Positions 42,434 through 57,252 of a stretch of DNA of 64,000 nt are shown here, in pieces; within the stretch, counting starts at the first letter, position 1, and each line of letters starts with the position of its first letter. The DNA lies in contig NC_087437.1 of NCBI RefSeq assembly GCF_036321535.1, positions 89,964,001 to 90,028,000 on the forward strand, read 5' to 3'. The translations under genes and the position numbers were made by a program. A model generated the notes under the pieces. That model ran no database searches and was not told the DNA's origin. It worked only from the letters and a program-made list of their open reading frames with translations. The stretch is from Camelus dromedarius (lineage: Eukaryota).

Positions 42434-45400
42434 ATCTCAATGAATGGACCATGGACCTAAACTTTTGAACTTCTGTCCCGTATCAGAGTCTCATGTGAAT
42501 TTTCCTTAATTAGATCAGAACCAATTCATAGCTTATAGTCTCAATCTAAAATATGTGATGTAGCCTTTATCTTCTCAACTCCAGAAACACTGGATAGTTG
42601 TAGCACAAAGTCATAAACTAAAGCACAAATGCTGGGACCAGACTACTTGAGTTCAAATTGTTAATTTCATCATAAGTTTTGTGTCTTTATGCTACTCATT
42701 CCCCACTCCTCCCTCACTCATAAAAGCCTATGATAATCATTGCCTCCTAAGAGTGTGATGATTATTAAATAAGTTAATATGTCACTTAGTACAATGTCTT
42801 GTACATAGTAAGTGATGTGTTTGCTATTACTATTTTCATCATTTTTTCTTACTTTTAGTAAAAAAGATTTCTAATTTAAATTTATTTAATAGCTAAAGAG
42901 TAGTAAACATGCTTATTAGCCATTTTTGTCTTTCTTCTTCTATCAAGTATCTGTTCTTATTTCTTAATGTTCATCTACTGATTATTCACATACTGGAAGT
43001 ATACGGAAAAAAACTCTATTATGTGAATGTATGTCTATATCTATGGTTCCTGTTATTTCTCTAATGCATGCAATTGTTCTAAAGTATAAGAGCCATACAA
43101 AATTAATTGCCACAGATATCATACATGTGTCTTCAATTCAGTTTTTCAACCAGGTACTCCGTTACATTTGTCTTTTCTGTATTCTCTATCTTAACATTAG
43201 TTTACATTCATTATGACTTTCATCTCACTACTGTTAACTCCACAGGTTGCTCTGTCTTTCCGTGTGTTTCCTGGATAATTTGATTCTGGTATCAGAAAAT
43301 GTCTTCCACAGATGTGAGCATGTCATTAACAAAATACTTAACATGTGCTAATACTGACCCCTTAGGACTCCCTGCAGCTCTCTACTTAGAGGGCTTGGGT
43401 TTCCTGATTATGCTTCCTCTCTATGACCAGGTTTTCTTTCAGCTATTTATCTAATTTATAGGCACTTATAATGTAGCACTATAACAAACGCCTTTCTCAG
43501 ATCTAAGTGTGCAGCATCCTTTCATTACTTTTATCTCCTAAGTTAGGAGAGATGCCAAAGGAGGCTATTACAATGTATGACGTGACCTACTTTTAACTAA
43601 TTCACATTTGCCACTTACTTTATTAGACACCTTTCTCCCTGGTGTTCACATTTGGACTCTTTAATTATATACCCAGCCAAAGACTTCTAATACATGAAGG
43701 CAATTTAGGAAGCAAGGATGTGAAGCTCTGCAGACATTTCAAGATACAAAAATAAAGACAAAAGGAGGAAAAAATAGTATTACAATTCTAGAAGGATCTG
43801 CCTTCCCATAACCTTCAGCCTTAAAATTGTCTTTGAGATCCTAGGTTATTTCTAATTTTGGCCCTTAAATTACATCTTACACATTCCAGACAGCCAGGGC
43901 AGTCTCCCTCTACTTTTTCTTATTATTATTCTGATTGTTTAATGCATTGCAAATGGGAACTCTGGGACTCCAGACTTCTTTTTCCCCCTTGAAACCTCTA
44001 AATAATTAATTAGACTGTTGAGCTCTCACTGCTGCAGATTTCCCCTTCATGTTGGCCAGAGTGGTGCACATTTCCCCTAAGGCAAAGCCACAGGCTAAAA
44101 CAGTTTCATATTAGCTAAACATCTTAAGACGATGGCATGTTATCTCTGAGGTCATAACAGGAAATTGCTCAAACTCAATGAAAGAGGGTGAATTCAGTCG
44201 AGTTTTCAGATGAATGTAAGGATTAAATGAGAGTTCCAAGCAAGCTGTCAGCAACGTGAAATCCAAATCACCTGTGATTTAACCAGGCAGTGTGTGTTGA
44301 TTTTAATAGTGCCACAGAGAAGGTCTGGGGCCCACAGTCTCACGCAACACACTGCCTAAGGTGTCAAGGGAACAGAGATAGATGCCAGCTTATTTGTTAA
44401 GTCCCCCTCCAAAATCTCAGATGGGTCCCCTGTGATCCTTTTTAACATAAAAAAAACATTGAAAGGGTCTGAAATTATTCTCCAACTTGTTGTACGCTCT
44501 ATACAGCTGCCGTAGGTAAATAATATGGGGCCTCTCTCGGTAGGTTTTTTTCAAAACAGAAACAAACATGTTGTGGAGGGTCCACTTCTCTTCCCAATGG
44601 TAGAAAATTATCAGTCCTGCTGCAGCACCACCCCTGAGGCCTGGGGAGGGGCTGGGCAGTCAATGAGTGGCAGTGCCTTTCGGGCAGGCCACAGAGCAGC
44701 AGCACAGAAGGCAGGAAGAAGGTAGTGTTCTGGGCTTGTGTTTTCCCTGGTCTGTGGCTAGACAAAGGGTTCATTTTTCAACAGTGCCTTAATCTTTCCA
44801 AGCAGAATTAGAGGCTTTCTCTGTAATAGTCCACACTCTTCTGTACTGTATGCTGTTCTGTGGAACAAAGATAAGCTGTTTGGTCTAACTTAAAAAAGAA
44901 CGCATAAAGCTTGAGTAAGCACACCCCTACCAGACTCTAAGAGTATACTCCTGTACAATTGTGAAAGCAAAAAACACAAACAAATGGAAATGAGCCAATT
45001 TGCTGGGGGAGGGGGGAACTCCAGGGATTCCATCTCCTCAGCAGAGCAATCATTTAGGGAATATGATGGGAGAGGATGTGAATTAAATTATCCATGTCAG
45101 CCACTCTTCATCTCTTATCCTGTTTTCCTTTCACAACCATTATTTTTTATCATAATAATACTGAATTCAGTTACTGAGCACTTATTGTCTGGTGAGCACC
45201 ATGGTAGGTCCACTATAAAGTGCAGTTTCTTCAGTCATTCTAGAATACTATGAAGCAAGGGCCATTTTATAGAAAGAGAAACTAATTCTTGAAAAATAAA
45301 ATAACTTGCCCTAGTTAATGCAACAAGTGGCAAGGTGAGGCTGGATTACATACAACACAGTTCTTGGAACTGAGATCAGGCTCATAAATAAAGCATGATC

Positions 45401-45479
45401 TAACACTGTTTTGTCCATATTGTGTAGTAGTTGTCCACATGAAGTTCACGTCCTTGGCCCTGCCACTAAAGGGCAGAAT

Positions 45480-45890
45480 GAATCGTTTTTTTTTTTTTAA
45501 CTTCAATGTTTTATTTAATCCATCCTATTCAAAACATTATCATTTTCAATGGGTAAATATTTTTAACAATGAGGTATTTTGCTTTTTTTGTAATTGTCTT
45601 AAAAGATTAGTGTGTTTCAGATTCTCAATTTGTATAACATCTCAACTTGGATACTAATTTTTCATGAGAAAGACCTGATCTGTGGGTTTCATAAAAGGTA
45701 CAGTTGAAAAATAGATTCACATACCCAAGTTCCTAACATACTTTAAAGTTTTCTAATAACTAAATCAAGTTAATAGTTTTTAAACTTGTGTAAATTGAAC
45801 AAAACTAAAAATCTGGTTCTACAATTTCACTGGCTCCATTTAATGTTCTACATAACACGTATGTCTATTGACTGCCATGATGGCCAGGAG
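45480..45890. mobile_element. hAT-Charlie element (Charlie1/MER33-like) fragment
   Basis: ttttatttaatccatcctattcaaaacattatcattttcaat...acatctcaacttggatac...aaaggtacagttgaaaaatagattcacatacccaagtt. Confidence 0.65.
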
Positions 45891-47934
45891 AAATGCAGAA
45901 AAGTGGTTTGTCCAAGTGTGGTCTCCAGATCAGCCTTGGCCCTGCCACTGAATTGGTATTGGGCAAATACTGCCCTACCTATCTGGGCCAATTACTTCTA
46001 AAAGCCAATTCAATGAATGTGGAGATGACTTGTGATCTCCATGCTAAGGACTTTGCTGGAGTTTTCAATGCATGTCCAAATACTGATTGTCTTAATTATA
46101 ATGCACACCAGTGATCTGCTATTTCAGTATAAATAATACATAACATGTTGGACAAAGTGGAGCTTCCTCTTTGTGGCTGGTTGGTTTACAGGTGTTACAA
46201 AGACTCATAACACTTTTTGAGATGGAAAGGGCCTAAGCATTCCTCAAATGCCTTCCTATTTTAAAACCAAAGAACCTGTGATGAAATCAGACACTAAATA
46301 GGTTAGTTTTGGAACAGACAGTAGAACTGAGGGTCCCTAGTTGCTAGGTCAGCCTTCTTTACATGATACCAGACAGCTTCCTATAACAAAAAATAAAACA
46401 AGCTTATTAAATGTTGCAAGTGGATTTTCAATATGTAATTACAGCTTAGGCTCTGATTTAATTATTTGGATAATTTACTTCATATTTTCTTGGTTAATTG
46501 CTGCCATCCATTGCACTGTATAATTCAAACAATCATCGATAGCAGCTTGAATTTTATAAAATCACCATGCCAAAATTTCCAAGTGCTTAGCACTGAACAA
46601 ATATTTGCAAAAAACTATCCATTTGCTGGATATTTTTCTATTACAGATCTGCTATCACTAAATTGAAAAAAAAAGTTTTCAAATGAAATTCTGCATTATT
46701 ATAACAAATAATTCATTTTACTTGAGTAACTTCAATGTATATATGTACATATATAATCATCAAAATAACATATTCAACAAAACATGTTTTGTTAGGTATT
46801 TGAATCCCTACTTCCAGACTTATTAAAACATAAGAAACAACGAAATCTCTTCATTTTCATTTTAATCATAAAAAGCTTAGACAATGAAAAAGAATATATA
46901 GACAATGTCAAATATAAAACCTTGATAGAGAAAGATGGTTTATGACATATTTCTCACTGCTCAATATGCAGAGAGTCTTGGCTTACATGTCTCAAAAAAT
47001 GTCTTTTTCCATTGACTACACCTTGAATTATACAATGCTCCATTTACCTTCTCTGGCCTCATTCGACTCACTTCTTTCCATTTGATTATATGATCTGTGC
47101 TTCATCAGCAAAGATAGACAGATGTTAGCAGGGAAATGACCTCATCAAAGTAGTTATCATTTATAATTCTGAATGTCTGTGAGTAAACTGCAGGTGGTAA
47201 TCTGCAGCTCAGTTTACTATCTTTACCATCCTTTTTTGGTCTTTTAATCCAATGAATCGTCTCTGGGTATAATTTAATGATAGTAATATCCTTTTTATTT
47301 CTGTAAACACATTCTAGTGTTAACAAATGCTAGGTTATATATCTTTAGGGTATCTTTCTTCTGGTCAACTTTTTTAAAAAAAAAGAAGAATATGTTGGGA
47401 AGGATGAAAAGAAAGAAGGCAGAAATGCTTTCTGCATCTGTTATCAAGGGGGAAGAGACGGAGGTGGCATGATTAGCTGTTTTAATTGTTTATTTGAATT
47501 CCCACTTAAATAAAATCTGGATGGTGCTATTAAAGTTGCAACTCAAAACGTAAAATTGCCAGGCAAACCTTAGTATCTCTGCAGGTGATTAATTGCCTTA
47601 AAAAATGAAAGAGATGTCAAGGTTGACAAACAACAGGCCCACCTAAGATTTGCTCAGCATGATGCTAGAATTTTGAAGAACATCCTTATCAGATCACCTT
47701 CTTAGGTATATAAAAATCTATATCCTAGTGACTTCAGCATAAAGGCAATGGAGTAATATAATTGAGGACATTCTTAAGAGCTATTCCTGTGTTATGAGCT
47801 GCCATGGTCAGGTATATTCCAGGTAATCACATTACTACTGTCTATATAGTGTGTGATATTTAATTCCAAGAAAATGAAACCTTCCCCTAAGAAGTATAAG
47901 TTTCTCTATATATGGTCATCTCTTCTGGTGCTGG

Positions 47935-47999
47935 GAAACTGGACAGAGAAGAAACTGGACAGAGAAGAAACAGGACTGAAGGAAGAAACAGGACTGAAG
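47935..47999. repeat. Short tandem array of four 15-18-bp units in AABB order
   Basis: gaaactggacagagaa x2, then gaaacaggactgaaggaa and gaaacaggactgaag. Confidence 0.9.
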
Positions 48000-50928
48000 T
48001 TAGAAATCATTCTTACCTATATATTCTCGTCCCAAGATTTAGATGTCTGGTATGCTGAGAGTATAAGATAGAGATCTTGGTTCTTGTTCATCCAACCTGG
48101 TTTTTAAAAAGTGAGGCTTTTTTTTTTTTTTTTTTTGAGGAGGAGGAGGAGGTTGAAGGTGAAAGATGACTTGGAAAGCACTACATCTCACAGTTTTGAT
48201 CCTAAGCCACATGTGGGCCTGGGTTTGGGATATGTAGCAGCGTTGATAGGTCTGCCTAAGGCTGCCAATATTGTATGTACCCAACCTAGATGTGACAAAA
48301 AGACCTTACAAATTTTAAGGCATCTAGGTAACATTGGGTTAAATGTTTGAATAGAGCAGATCCTTCCTTTCTTCTTTCCTTACTCATCTCCTTTCTGTCT
48401 CTATTATATATATACATATATATAATATGTATATATATATCAATCATCAAGTTTGACTTTAGCCATGGAATAAGAAAATTCATAAAAGTGGTCCATTGTC
48501 TGTTATGTCCAGTCTAGGACTTCCACCCTGGTAGTAAAGCTATCACATAAACTGACTTATTCTCTTGCATCTCTCTTTGATCTTTTGCTTGTGTTTCTGT
48601 GCTTTTCCTCAAATAATCCTCTAAAGCAGAGAATGTTTCTCATTGGTTTTCTCTCATAATTATATAATTCAGGCCCAGCTCAGTAAGCCTCCTTCCAGAT
48701 CTTCCTGAAGTTCGCAATTACACACTGACCCCAGGTTGAATATGTCTCTCCTCTACATTTAATCAGAACACACCTGTTCAAAAACAAGTATGTGATGACT
48801 TGCCTGCATCTTACTCAACATTATTGTTTTCTTTTAAGTTGTGTTATAATTTTAACTATTTTCCATCTTAATTTTCTTCAATTTTGGATATTACATCCAA
48901 GAAATCTTAAACTTATAATTTGTAAAAGAAAATTTAAATAACTAAGTAGAAAAGAGGAAGATTACTTCAGAGCACAGAATAGATGCTATCAGGACACTGG
49001 GATGAAATGAATTTTTAGTGAATGCATGACATTTTTATATTCTGAACTTTGGGCCAAAGGCGTTTTATAAAGGTAAATATGTGTTTAGGAGGCAGTGTAC
49101 CTGTTTGTTAGGTACACTGTGGAATCTGCTCTATTTTTGCCTGCATAGAGACCCAGGACTTCTGCTACCATTCAGAAGAATGAACTTCTTGAGAAAGTAA
49201 CAATATATGCAGACAAATTTGTACAAGTTCTTGAGTTCCTAGTTTTGCAACATAAAACATAATAAGAACATTTTATGATAAAAATTATTAGTGGTACAAT
49301 CTGACCCTATGTACCATGTGATTTTGACAGATTTGCCCTCATTTGATCCTCCAGGATGAGTTAGCTAAACAGTGCATTCTTAAACAGTTGAATGATTTGA
49401 ATCATTACATGAAATAATAAAGTGTCGCTCACTTAAACGTATAGTATCTATCACTATTGATGATAGGTTTCACATACTTGATGCTAAACTCTTTTTCTTA
49501 TAATAATTAGCTAATAGGTTCAAATGCTTCCAAATCCATACTTTTTTAGAAATAATAAAGTCATGTCAGCAATGATGGGTATGTTTTTCTCTCTTCTTGC
49601 AATAGCTGGACGTGCAGCCAACCCAAGTAGCTATGCCAACAATTCTAGTAGCTACTAAGTTTGACTGGAGAGCTAGGGCACAGATTACCATTTAGAATGA
49701 GATTTTTACTTTGTTATACAATCATTCTTATAATGACTCTAGTTTTAATAGTGGCATGGTTACATGGGTTTTGAGAATGCTATAAAAGACTGATAAATAT
49801 ACAACTTATCCCACAAAGTGAAAAAGGTGAAGGCTAACGAAAACAGTGCTTTAGAGAATCTTTGATTCTGCTCTGAAGGAGCTGTAATAGTATCTAGTAC
49901 AATGTCTGGAATATAATTAATAATGCTTAGTGTTTTTTGTTAATAAACTGCATTAATGTTAGGCCAAACTCCTTTTTGGGAACAGAACCAGCTCTCATGG
50001 TAGGGACCAGAGAGTTCTGGCAGTGTGATACTCCTTTTCTCCTGGTGCTGCTTTGGTACTGAGAGAGCTGGCCTTTACTGAGCTCCTACTGTGTGAACAT
50101 TCTAGGACAAGGCTAGCTTTTTGTGGTTCAGTGAATGAGAGGCAGCTTTAAAATCTGGGCGAGATGTCACAAGGCATCCCAAGGCTTTACAAGAGCAGTG
50201 AAATTTATGGGCTGCCATAATGCAATCAACTTGTGGGAAGAGGTGAGTGATCAATCACTCTGGGAAATGACAGATTATGTCTTAGTGGAGAGCAGCTGAG
50301 CTACTACTATACTTTCATGGGAGAAGATTGGGAGAGGCTGATTTTTTTGAATTATTCAGAAAATATTAACAGTGTACACTCCTTGTTGTCCTTCTATTTG
50401 TATCCCACTTTTTATTTCCACTTAACCCACGGGTAATAATAAGGAATATTTGAGGCCCCTTTACCTATATCACATAACTTAATTCCATCAAAAATTTAAG
50501 TTATTATTTTTATATATAGGAAGAACTAATTGATCTGGATTATACAGTCAGTGGTGCCAAGATTTAAACCTATTCTCTCTACCCCTTGTACATGGCACTT
50601 GTCATCCTGTAGTATGGTGTCTAGTTATTTTTAAATATATAGTCCTCTTATCTTTCCTTTCTAAATCCTCCTATGGTCCCTACTCTCATTTCTCTACTTA
50701 TTAATGATACATGTCTACACTCTAAGAACACTTTATACTTATCATAAAGAAGTTACTTCATAATAACTTCTATAATTTATATACGTGTGTACGTATGTGT
50801 CTATGTACACACACATATACATACGTATGTGTATATACACATAATGCATATATTGAATATATACATACATATACTTGTGCTACACTGACTGGGGAGTATT
50901 TGAGAGAAAGATTATATTTTAATAATCA

Positions 50929-51302
50929 TTTTAATGGATTTAATATCAATTCAAATTCGTATGTTGAAGCCCTAACCCCATAAATGACAGTAATTTGAGC
51001 TGGGGGCTCTAAGAAGGTAAATAAGTTAAAATGGGTCAAATAGGTGGGCTCTAATCCAATAGAACTGGTATTCCTATAAGAGGAAGAGACACCAGGAATG
51101 TGCACAGAGGAAAGCCCATGTGAGGACACAGGGATAAGAGAGTCATCTGCAAGCCCAGGAGAGAGGCCTCAGGAGAATCCAAACCTGCTGACACCTTGAT
51201 CTCAGACTTCCAACGTTCAGAATTATAAGAAAATAAATTTCTATTGTTTAAGCCACCCATTCTGTGGTATTTTGTTATGGTACCTCCTAGCAGATGAATA
51301 CA
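50929..51302 (+). mobile_element. MaLR MLT1A-like solo LTR, near full length
   Basis: caaattcgtatgttgaagccctaacccc...ggtgggctctaatccaatagaactgg...catctgcaagcccaggagagaggcctcaggagaa...aataaatttctattgtttaagccaccc...gaataca. Confidence 0.9.
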
Positions 51303-52144
51303 GTGTCCATCACAATAAATGCTTTCTATGAAATAGTTATTTGACTACTGAATGACAACTGCACATTAAAATCATTGTGGGGGATGATAAATGGGATTCA
51401 CCTTTCAACTAAAAATCAGAGTTTGAAATAACCTTCTCTGTGTGATGTGCAGGGTATAGAGTAGTACTCTGAAGCCAGGTCTGGCCTCAAAAATACTGTA
51501 CTTAAATTTTGATCACATTCCCACTGGCATAAAGGTTGAGGATGGCTTCATGGATGAGCATATTTGTTATCTCTAACTTTTTTTTTTTTTTTACATTCAA
51601 TATGTTTTAAATAGCCTCCAGTCTAACATGAAAAGAATCTGTCCTTAAAGATGTCAATGAAATATTATAGGATTATCTATTGACTTCCGTATCCAACAAA
51701 GACCTAAAGAAGAGTACAAAACCTAAAACAATCAAAACACTTTGCAGGTAGACTGCTGGTAAGAGGCTTTGTTGTGTAAGTCTCTGGAAATTAAGAGAGA
51801 TTTGGGGGTAACTTGTTTACTACAGGTGATAACCTAGTATAGTTTTATTACAACCACCTTTATCCTACAGATTTTTATAAAAATGAATATACTCCTAAGG
51901 GATTTCATTTGGCTTTCATGATAACATGAATAGTATGATAACATGAAATTTGAAAGTAAAAATTTTATTAAAATCACACTTAATGGGAGGATTGATTTAT
52001 CATGATGAAGATCCCAAGGGCTTTCTCCAAGGCACTGGTCTTTCTTTTATTTTCTCTTGAGATAACTGTAACTATTCTCCGAATCAGACATCCTTATTTC
52101 TAGTAATATTCCTTTTCTAACTCTAGACAGATACTGAACTTTCT

Positions 52145-52350
52145 AAGTAACATTTCTGCATTGAAGTCACAGAGACAATTCAAACTTAACATTTCCTAAG
52201 TTGAACTCTTGATTTTATCCAATTTCACCAACATCTGTAAGTTAAACTTCACCTTGTCTACTTTCTCCTATTTTAGAAAACAGTACTCGCATCCATCCAG
52301 AAGCTCAAGTCAAAAACATTGGTCATCTTTAATTAATCCTCGTCTCTTAT
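52145..52350 (+). mobile_element. L2 LINE relic
   Basis: ttcaaacttaacatttcctaagttgaactcttgatt...catccatccagaagctcaagtcaaaaacattggtcatc. Confidence 0.6.
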
Positions 52351-55300
52351 TCAATCCATTTCATTTTCCTCTCTCATTTCTCCTTTGGGAAAACAAAAAC
52401 TAACGAATGGAGACATATTGTGACTAAAAAAGTATCAGTCATTGACAAGAGCATGAACTACTTACAAAAATTTGATTAAACTACCTGGTAGACTTCCAAC
52501 AGAAGTCCAGACATACATATTAAATGGAACAATAGAGCTGGAGTATGTAACACAAGTAAGTTGAGGAGTGGGGTGCTGGGATAGAATTGCAAAGACATTC
52601 CTGCACACTGGGTATCACGAGCAGTGGGGAAGTAAAAACGAGAACTGAGAAACATGAAAACTTCAAAGGTTTCACATATTCTGGACACATTTCATAGCAG
52701 TAATTGAAAATGGGAAGTCTTTGTAAAAATTTAGTATCATCTTAAAATATTCCATTTTACTGATAAAATTAGGTCATTGTGACCTTTCAAGCTATGCTGA
52801 TTTATGTGTCAATATAATTGATCTTTGTCATGCTGATCTATTATGACATTCTTATGTATCAGTATACTTGGCAAAGGTGTGAAATTACAAGTCAAGCTCT
52901 GGAAGAATCTCACAAAGCTGGATTTTTGTTTTTTGAAAATGTAATCTTTATAATTTTGATCTAAACAGCTGTCATCATGAAAGCTCTTTAAGTATCATTT
53001 AAACCAAGAATGGATGTTTGTGAATCCCTCACAGAGATTTTCAATGCAGACTTCCCCATCGAAAATACCCACAATCTGAGTGTTGTATTAAAAAGCTTTT
53101 CTGACTTACAATTATATTCACTCATGGAAAGTGTACATTTCATATCCCTTGCCTCTTCCACATAACATCACAAATGGCTCTGCAATACAATGTAGTCACT
53201 TCATATCGTTGCCCTTAAAGGTGAGTGTAGCTGATTAGGCACCCGTTCCTGTATCCCAACCATCACCTCTCTCACTTCCCACGTCACACTGACATGGCAG
53301 AAACCCAAACACATCCCACAGTATCAAATCTTCTACAGAAGCAGTCAATGTGGGGTGACTTTTAACACTATGATTTTATTACAAACAGGCTGGAAATGGC
53401 ATCAAAATTTCCTGACAATAGTATTCTTGATAAAAATTTCATATAATACAGTATCTGTCATCTGACCCTGACTTCCAGACCCATGGCTTTTAACTTTGAA
53501 ATCTTTACCAGCATCTCAAACTTTTCAGTGATTTTTTTTTTTCCTTAAGAGTTAAAATAAACATGAACAAAGCAGACTCCTTCTTCTTTCATTCATGAAA
53601 GCAGCTGTGGTGAAGCAGAAAGGGTACAGCTACTTTCAGACCTGGACCCAAGTCTCAGCACAGCCCCTTCACAACTGTGTCCCCCTGTACCAGGAGCTCA
53701 GCATCTCCACCTGTATCACAGATCTAATGAGACTTACTTCAGAGAGCTGTTGACAAGTTCAACAGGATCAAAAGGGAACCATTAGAATGAAAGTGGTTTA
53801 GACACTGGAAATGAAACGGTGCTATTAAAGGACTGTATAGGAGAGAGTTCTTGTTAGAATTATGTCTTGTGGCTTTAGAGGGAACAATTTCCTACACCTC
53901 TCCAATAGAATAAATACTCACCTCATAACCCCACATCCAAGGACAATCTACTGGAAGGAAAATGAGTAACTGCAATATTCAAATTTTATATGTCTTGGTT
54001 TTCACTAATAAAGGGAAGAATAACACCATTTTTTAAATAAAACAATGTAGATGTTGGTTTGAATAGAGCTTTTGTCATGGGTATCTGGATTCAAATCTTG
54101 ATACTGCTACTTACTACCTGTGACCACTGCCATGTGAATCAAATCTGAGTCTAAATTTATCCCAACCATAGAATATAAATGTTATAATTAAAAGGTTATG
54201 ATAAGGCTAGAGTAAAATGATGTTAAACCTCTCACACATGATGAGTTCTTATTTCATAGTAGCTAGTATTATTTTAGATGGAATCAAGGGATGAAATCAT
54301 TAAAACAAGTATGCAGTCTATTTTACCTAAATTAGAATATCACTCAATTGAACTTGCTATAATCCTGACATGTTAAAATACTCACCATATAGTGTGATTC
54401 TATTTATGGAAAGAAAAGTGTTTTCTTCTTATATTAACATTGTATTATCTCTTACTCTCACACACACACACCATACAGGTATTATCATCAATCTGCCTCT
54501 ATAACCATATAATATCTTAACATATATTCTACTCTGTATATCCTACCAATTAAACATAGAATTCAGAATTGCATTTGCTGGAAGAGTAACAAATTCAATT
54601 CTGTTAGTGTCCTAATTTTTAACAATGTTCTAGCAATGCTAATATATGCCAAGGTAGATAATTCTACATGTTGAATACTTTGAAACCTTTTAAGTACTTA
54701 TTAAAAAGTCATGGTCTTAGTGATTTCAACATTCCAATATGTTAGAATACATACAATTCTGCTAAATTTAAAACATATTATCCCTTGAGAAAACATTACG
54801 GGCTGTTAGAACCAAGCACACCTTTTCTCTCATCATACAATTATTTTATTAAATGAAGATTCAAAAAAACAATTCTTAGAAGTGTAAAAAGTTATTTACA
54901 TAATACTTTACATAACAAACTCCTTATGAGAAATAAGAATATTAAAATTTCAAAAGTACCATCACAGCAAGTGGTAGGCAAGGCATAAAGATAAATCAAA
55001 TCCTATTTTTTGCCATGCTGTGAAAAGACTGCTGGCTTTTAATCATCCTGATGTGCCATATGTAAATTCCATCAAAAAGGGAGTTTGGTAAATGTTATAT
55101 TACAAAACCACAGGGAACAAAGCTATTTATAAACATCAATTAAAATATATACCATAGTCTAAAGTCATTAATAATATTCTACTAATCTGACTACACATAT
55201 CTCTCAAATTTACTAAATCTTACTCCTACTTCACATGCAAACAACAAATTTCTGAACTACCAGATGTCTTCCTACATACTTCTAGTTTACTCAAGGTCAC

Positions 55301-57252
55301 TACAAAGTTCCTCAGTGGAAAAGCTATAAAAGCTCCTTATTAAGAAATTCAGTGAAAAGAAAATCCAAGTGGTAACAACCTTGGATGAGTATCTTATATA
55401 AAACTTGATGTAATCAATGTGGGATAATCATTCTTGCAAAAACTTAGGTAGGATAAATATCACTTTTGATCTTCAAAAAAAAAAAAGGAGGAGGAAAAAA
55501 GAAAACAATACAGCAATTAAAAGTATCCAAAAGAGGCCAATCTTGAGCCTAAATATAAATGTAAAAACAAGTTAAAATATTTAGCTGCTAAAGCATTATC
55601 AGGCCAATTACCATGATTGATTATACTTTCTTTTCTATTGGACTGTTCAGCGTTCCTCTGAATTTCCCTTTCCTAATGGATCCCGGGTTTGTATTATACT
55701 TTCTCACATCTGAATATTTTTTGTTTAAACCAATCCTCTCTTCCACTTTTCTCATAGTCTTATTTTTCTTCCAATTGGTGTTTCCCTTCTATCAGTTAAT
55801 CAGTTTAACATAAAATGCCTGTTTCTTTTCCATAGCTTGCTTTCTAAATACCCTAGAACACCCTACTAGTCTGAGGCTTCCCCACCTCTATATCCCTTCT
55901 CATGTGCTATAATTTCCCATAGCATTGCTGGGACAAGAGTTGCTAAATTTTACTCCCCTTAATAAGCCATTCAGTTATGCCATAAGGACCACATGAGGAC
56001 ATAAGTCCAAAGTCCTAAAGTATCATTCCTTCTACACACAGCACTAGTGTGTGATGGCCAACTGACCCTACAGGGTTACTCTGCTCAAGGGTTGCTTTTT
56101 CCAGCAGACCATGCTAGCTTCCCTTCTGTGGCTTCCAGGAATAAATTCTCGCCTGCGGTGTCATGCTGAACATTTCCCCTTTTCCTAACGCTGAGTCAGT
56201 GGACAGAAGGAACAGAAGCTGCTTTGAAAAGAGGAAATACGGCATCCTACCAGGGAGACATACAGCACCAAGTATCACAGGGGTAGACGACATAATTATC
56301 CTTATCATTCCCCATGACCAGAGGCAATGACAAGAGGAAACAAACTCCTTCAAAGGGGATGGCATCATGTGAGATACAAGGAATTGCCACAAAAGATACT
56401 TGCAAAGCAATGTTTTATTTACATTGTAACTCAGACTTGCAAACAGAAATTGCCTAGTTCACAAACTACTGCAAACCACATAGAAAATGGAATCAACATT
56501 GTCAGGTGTCTATTTTAGATGGACAGTTTTATTACAGAGAGATGGTTATTTAGGGCCCATGGAGGGATTGGTAGCCAAGAGTTCCAAATCTCCAGCACAT
56601 CCAGTATTCATATGTGCATAAAGTGAACCCTGTCATACCTGTCTTCTGATTAAGAGAAATTTAATGCTGCAGCTCTTTGTAATGTTTGTTTTGTTGTAAC
56701 TGGTGTGTAGATTGAATGGCAGGTGATATTTCATAAGATCTAAATAAAGTAAGAAATTAATCAAATTAACATACTGCTTTTCTAAAGTATAATGAGTCAT
56801 TTGCATATAAAGTGCAATCGAGTCTGTAAATACAAAATGAACTTCAAATTACTGAGGAACATCGTGAACTGCATTTGTTACATATAAGACAGACGTGAAG
56901 AAAGAGGCTTCTAAATATTTCCAACTCCAAACTGATTTATGATACATTTTGGGGCTGTAATGGCAGGCTTAGCCATTGTAATACCCAGCATTCCCTGTAT
57001 CTACAGAATTTATGACTTCAATTTGACATAAACAAGAGCAGCCATTCCCTACAATCGTTTTCCTACCTGGATCTGAAAAAGCACTTAAGGCTATCCCTCT
57101 GCGGGAAGAGCCCTAGACAAGAAAAGACTGGGACCTTGAAACACATTTACATAAAATATCAATTACATAAAAATTAAAAGAATGGAAAACAAAAGTCAAG
57201 AGTTGCTCCTTGTTATAACTCTTAAAAATGTACTTTAGACTATGGTCTAGAT

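Noticed and set aside
47935..47999. CRISPR-like repeat array
   Set aside because: Units are contiguous with no unique spacers, there are no cas genes, and the context is mammalian.
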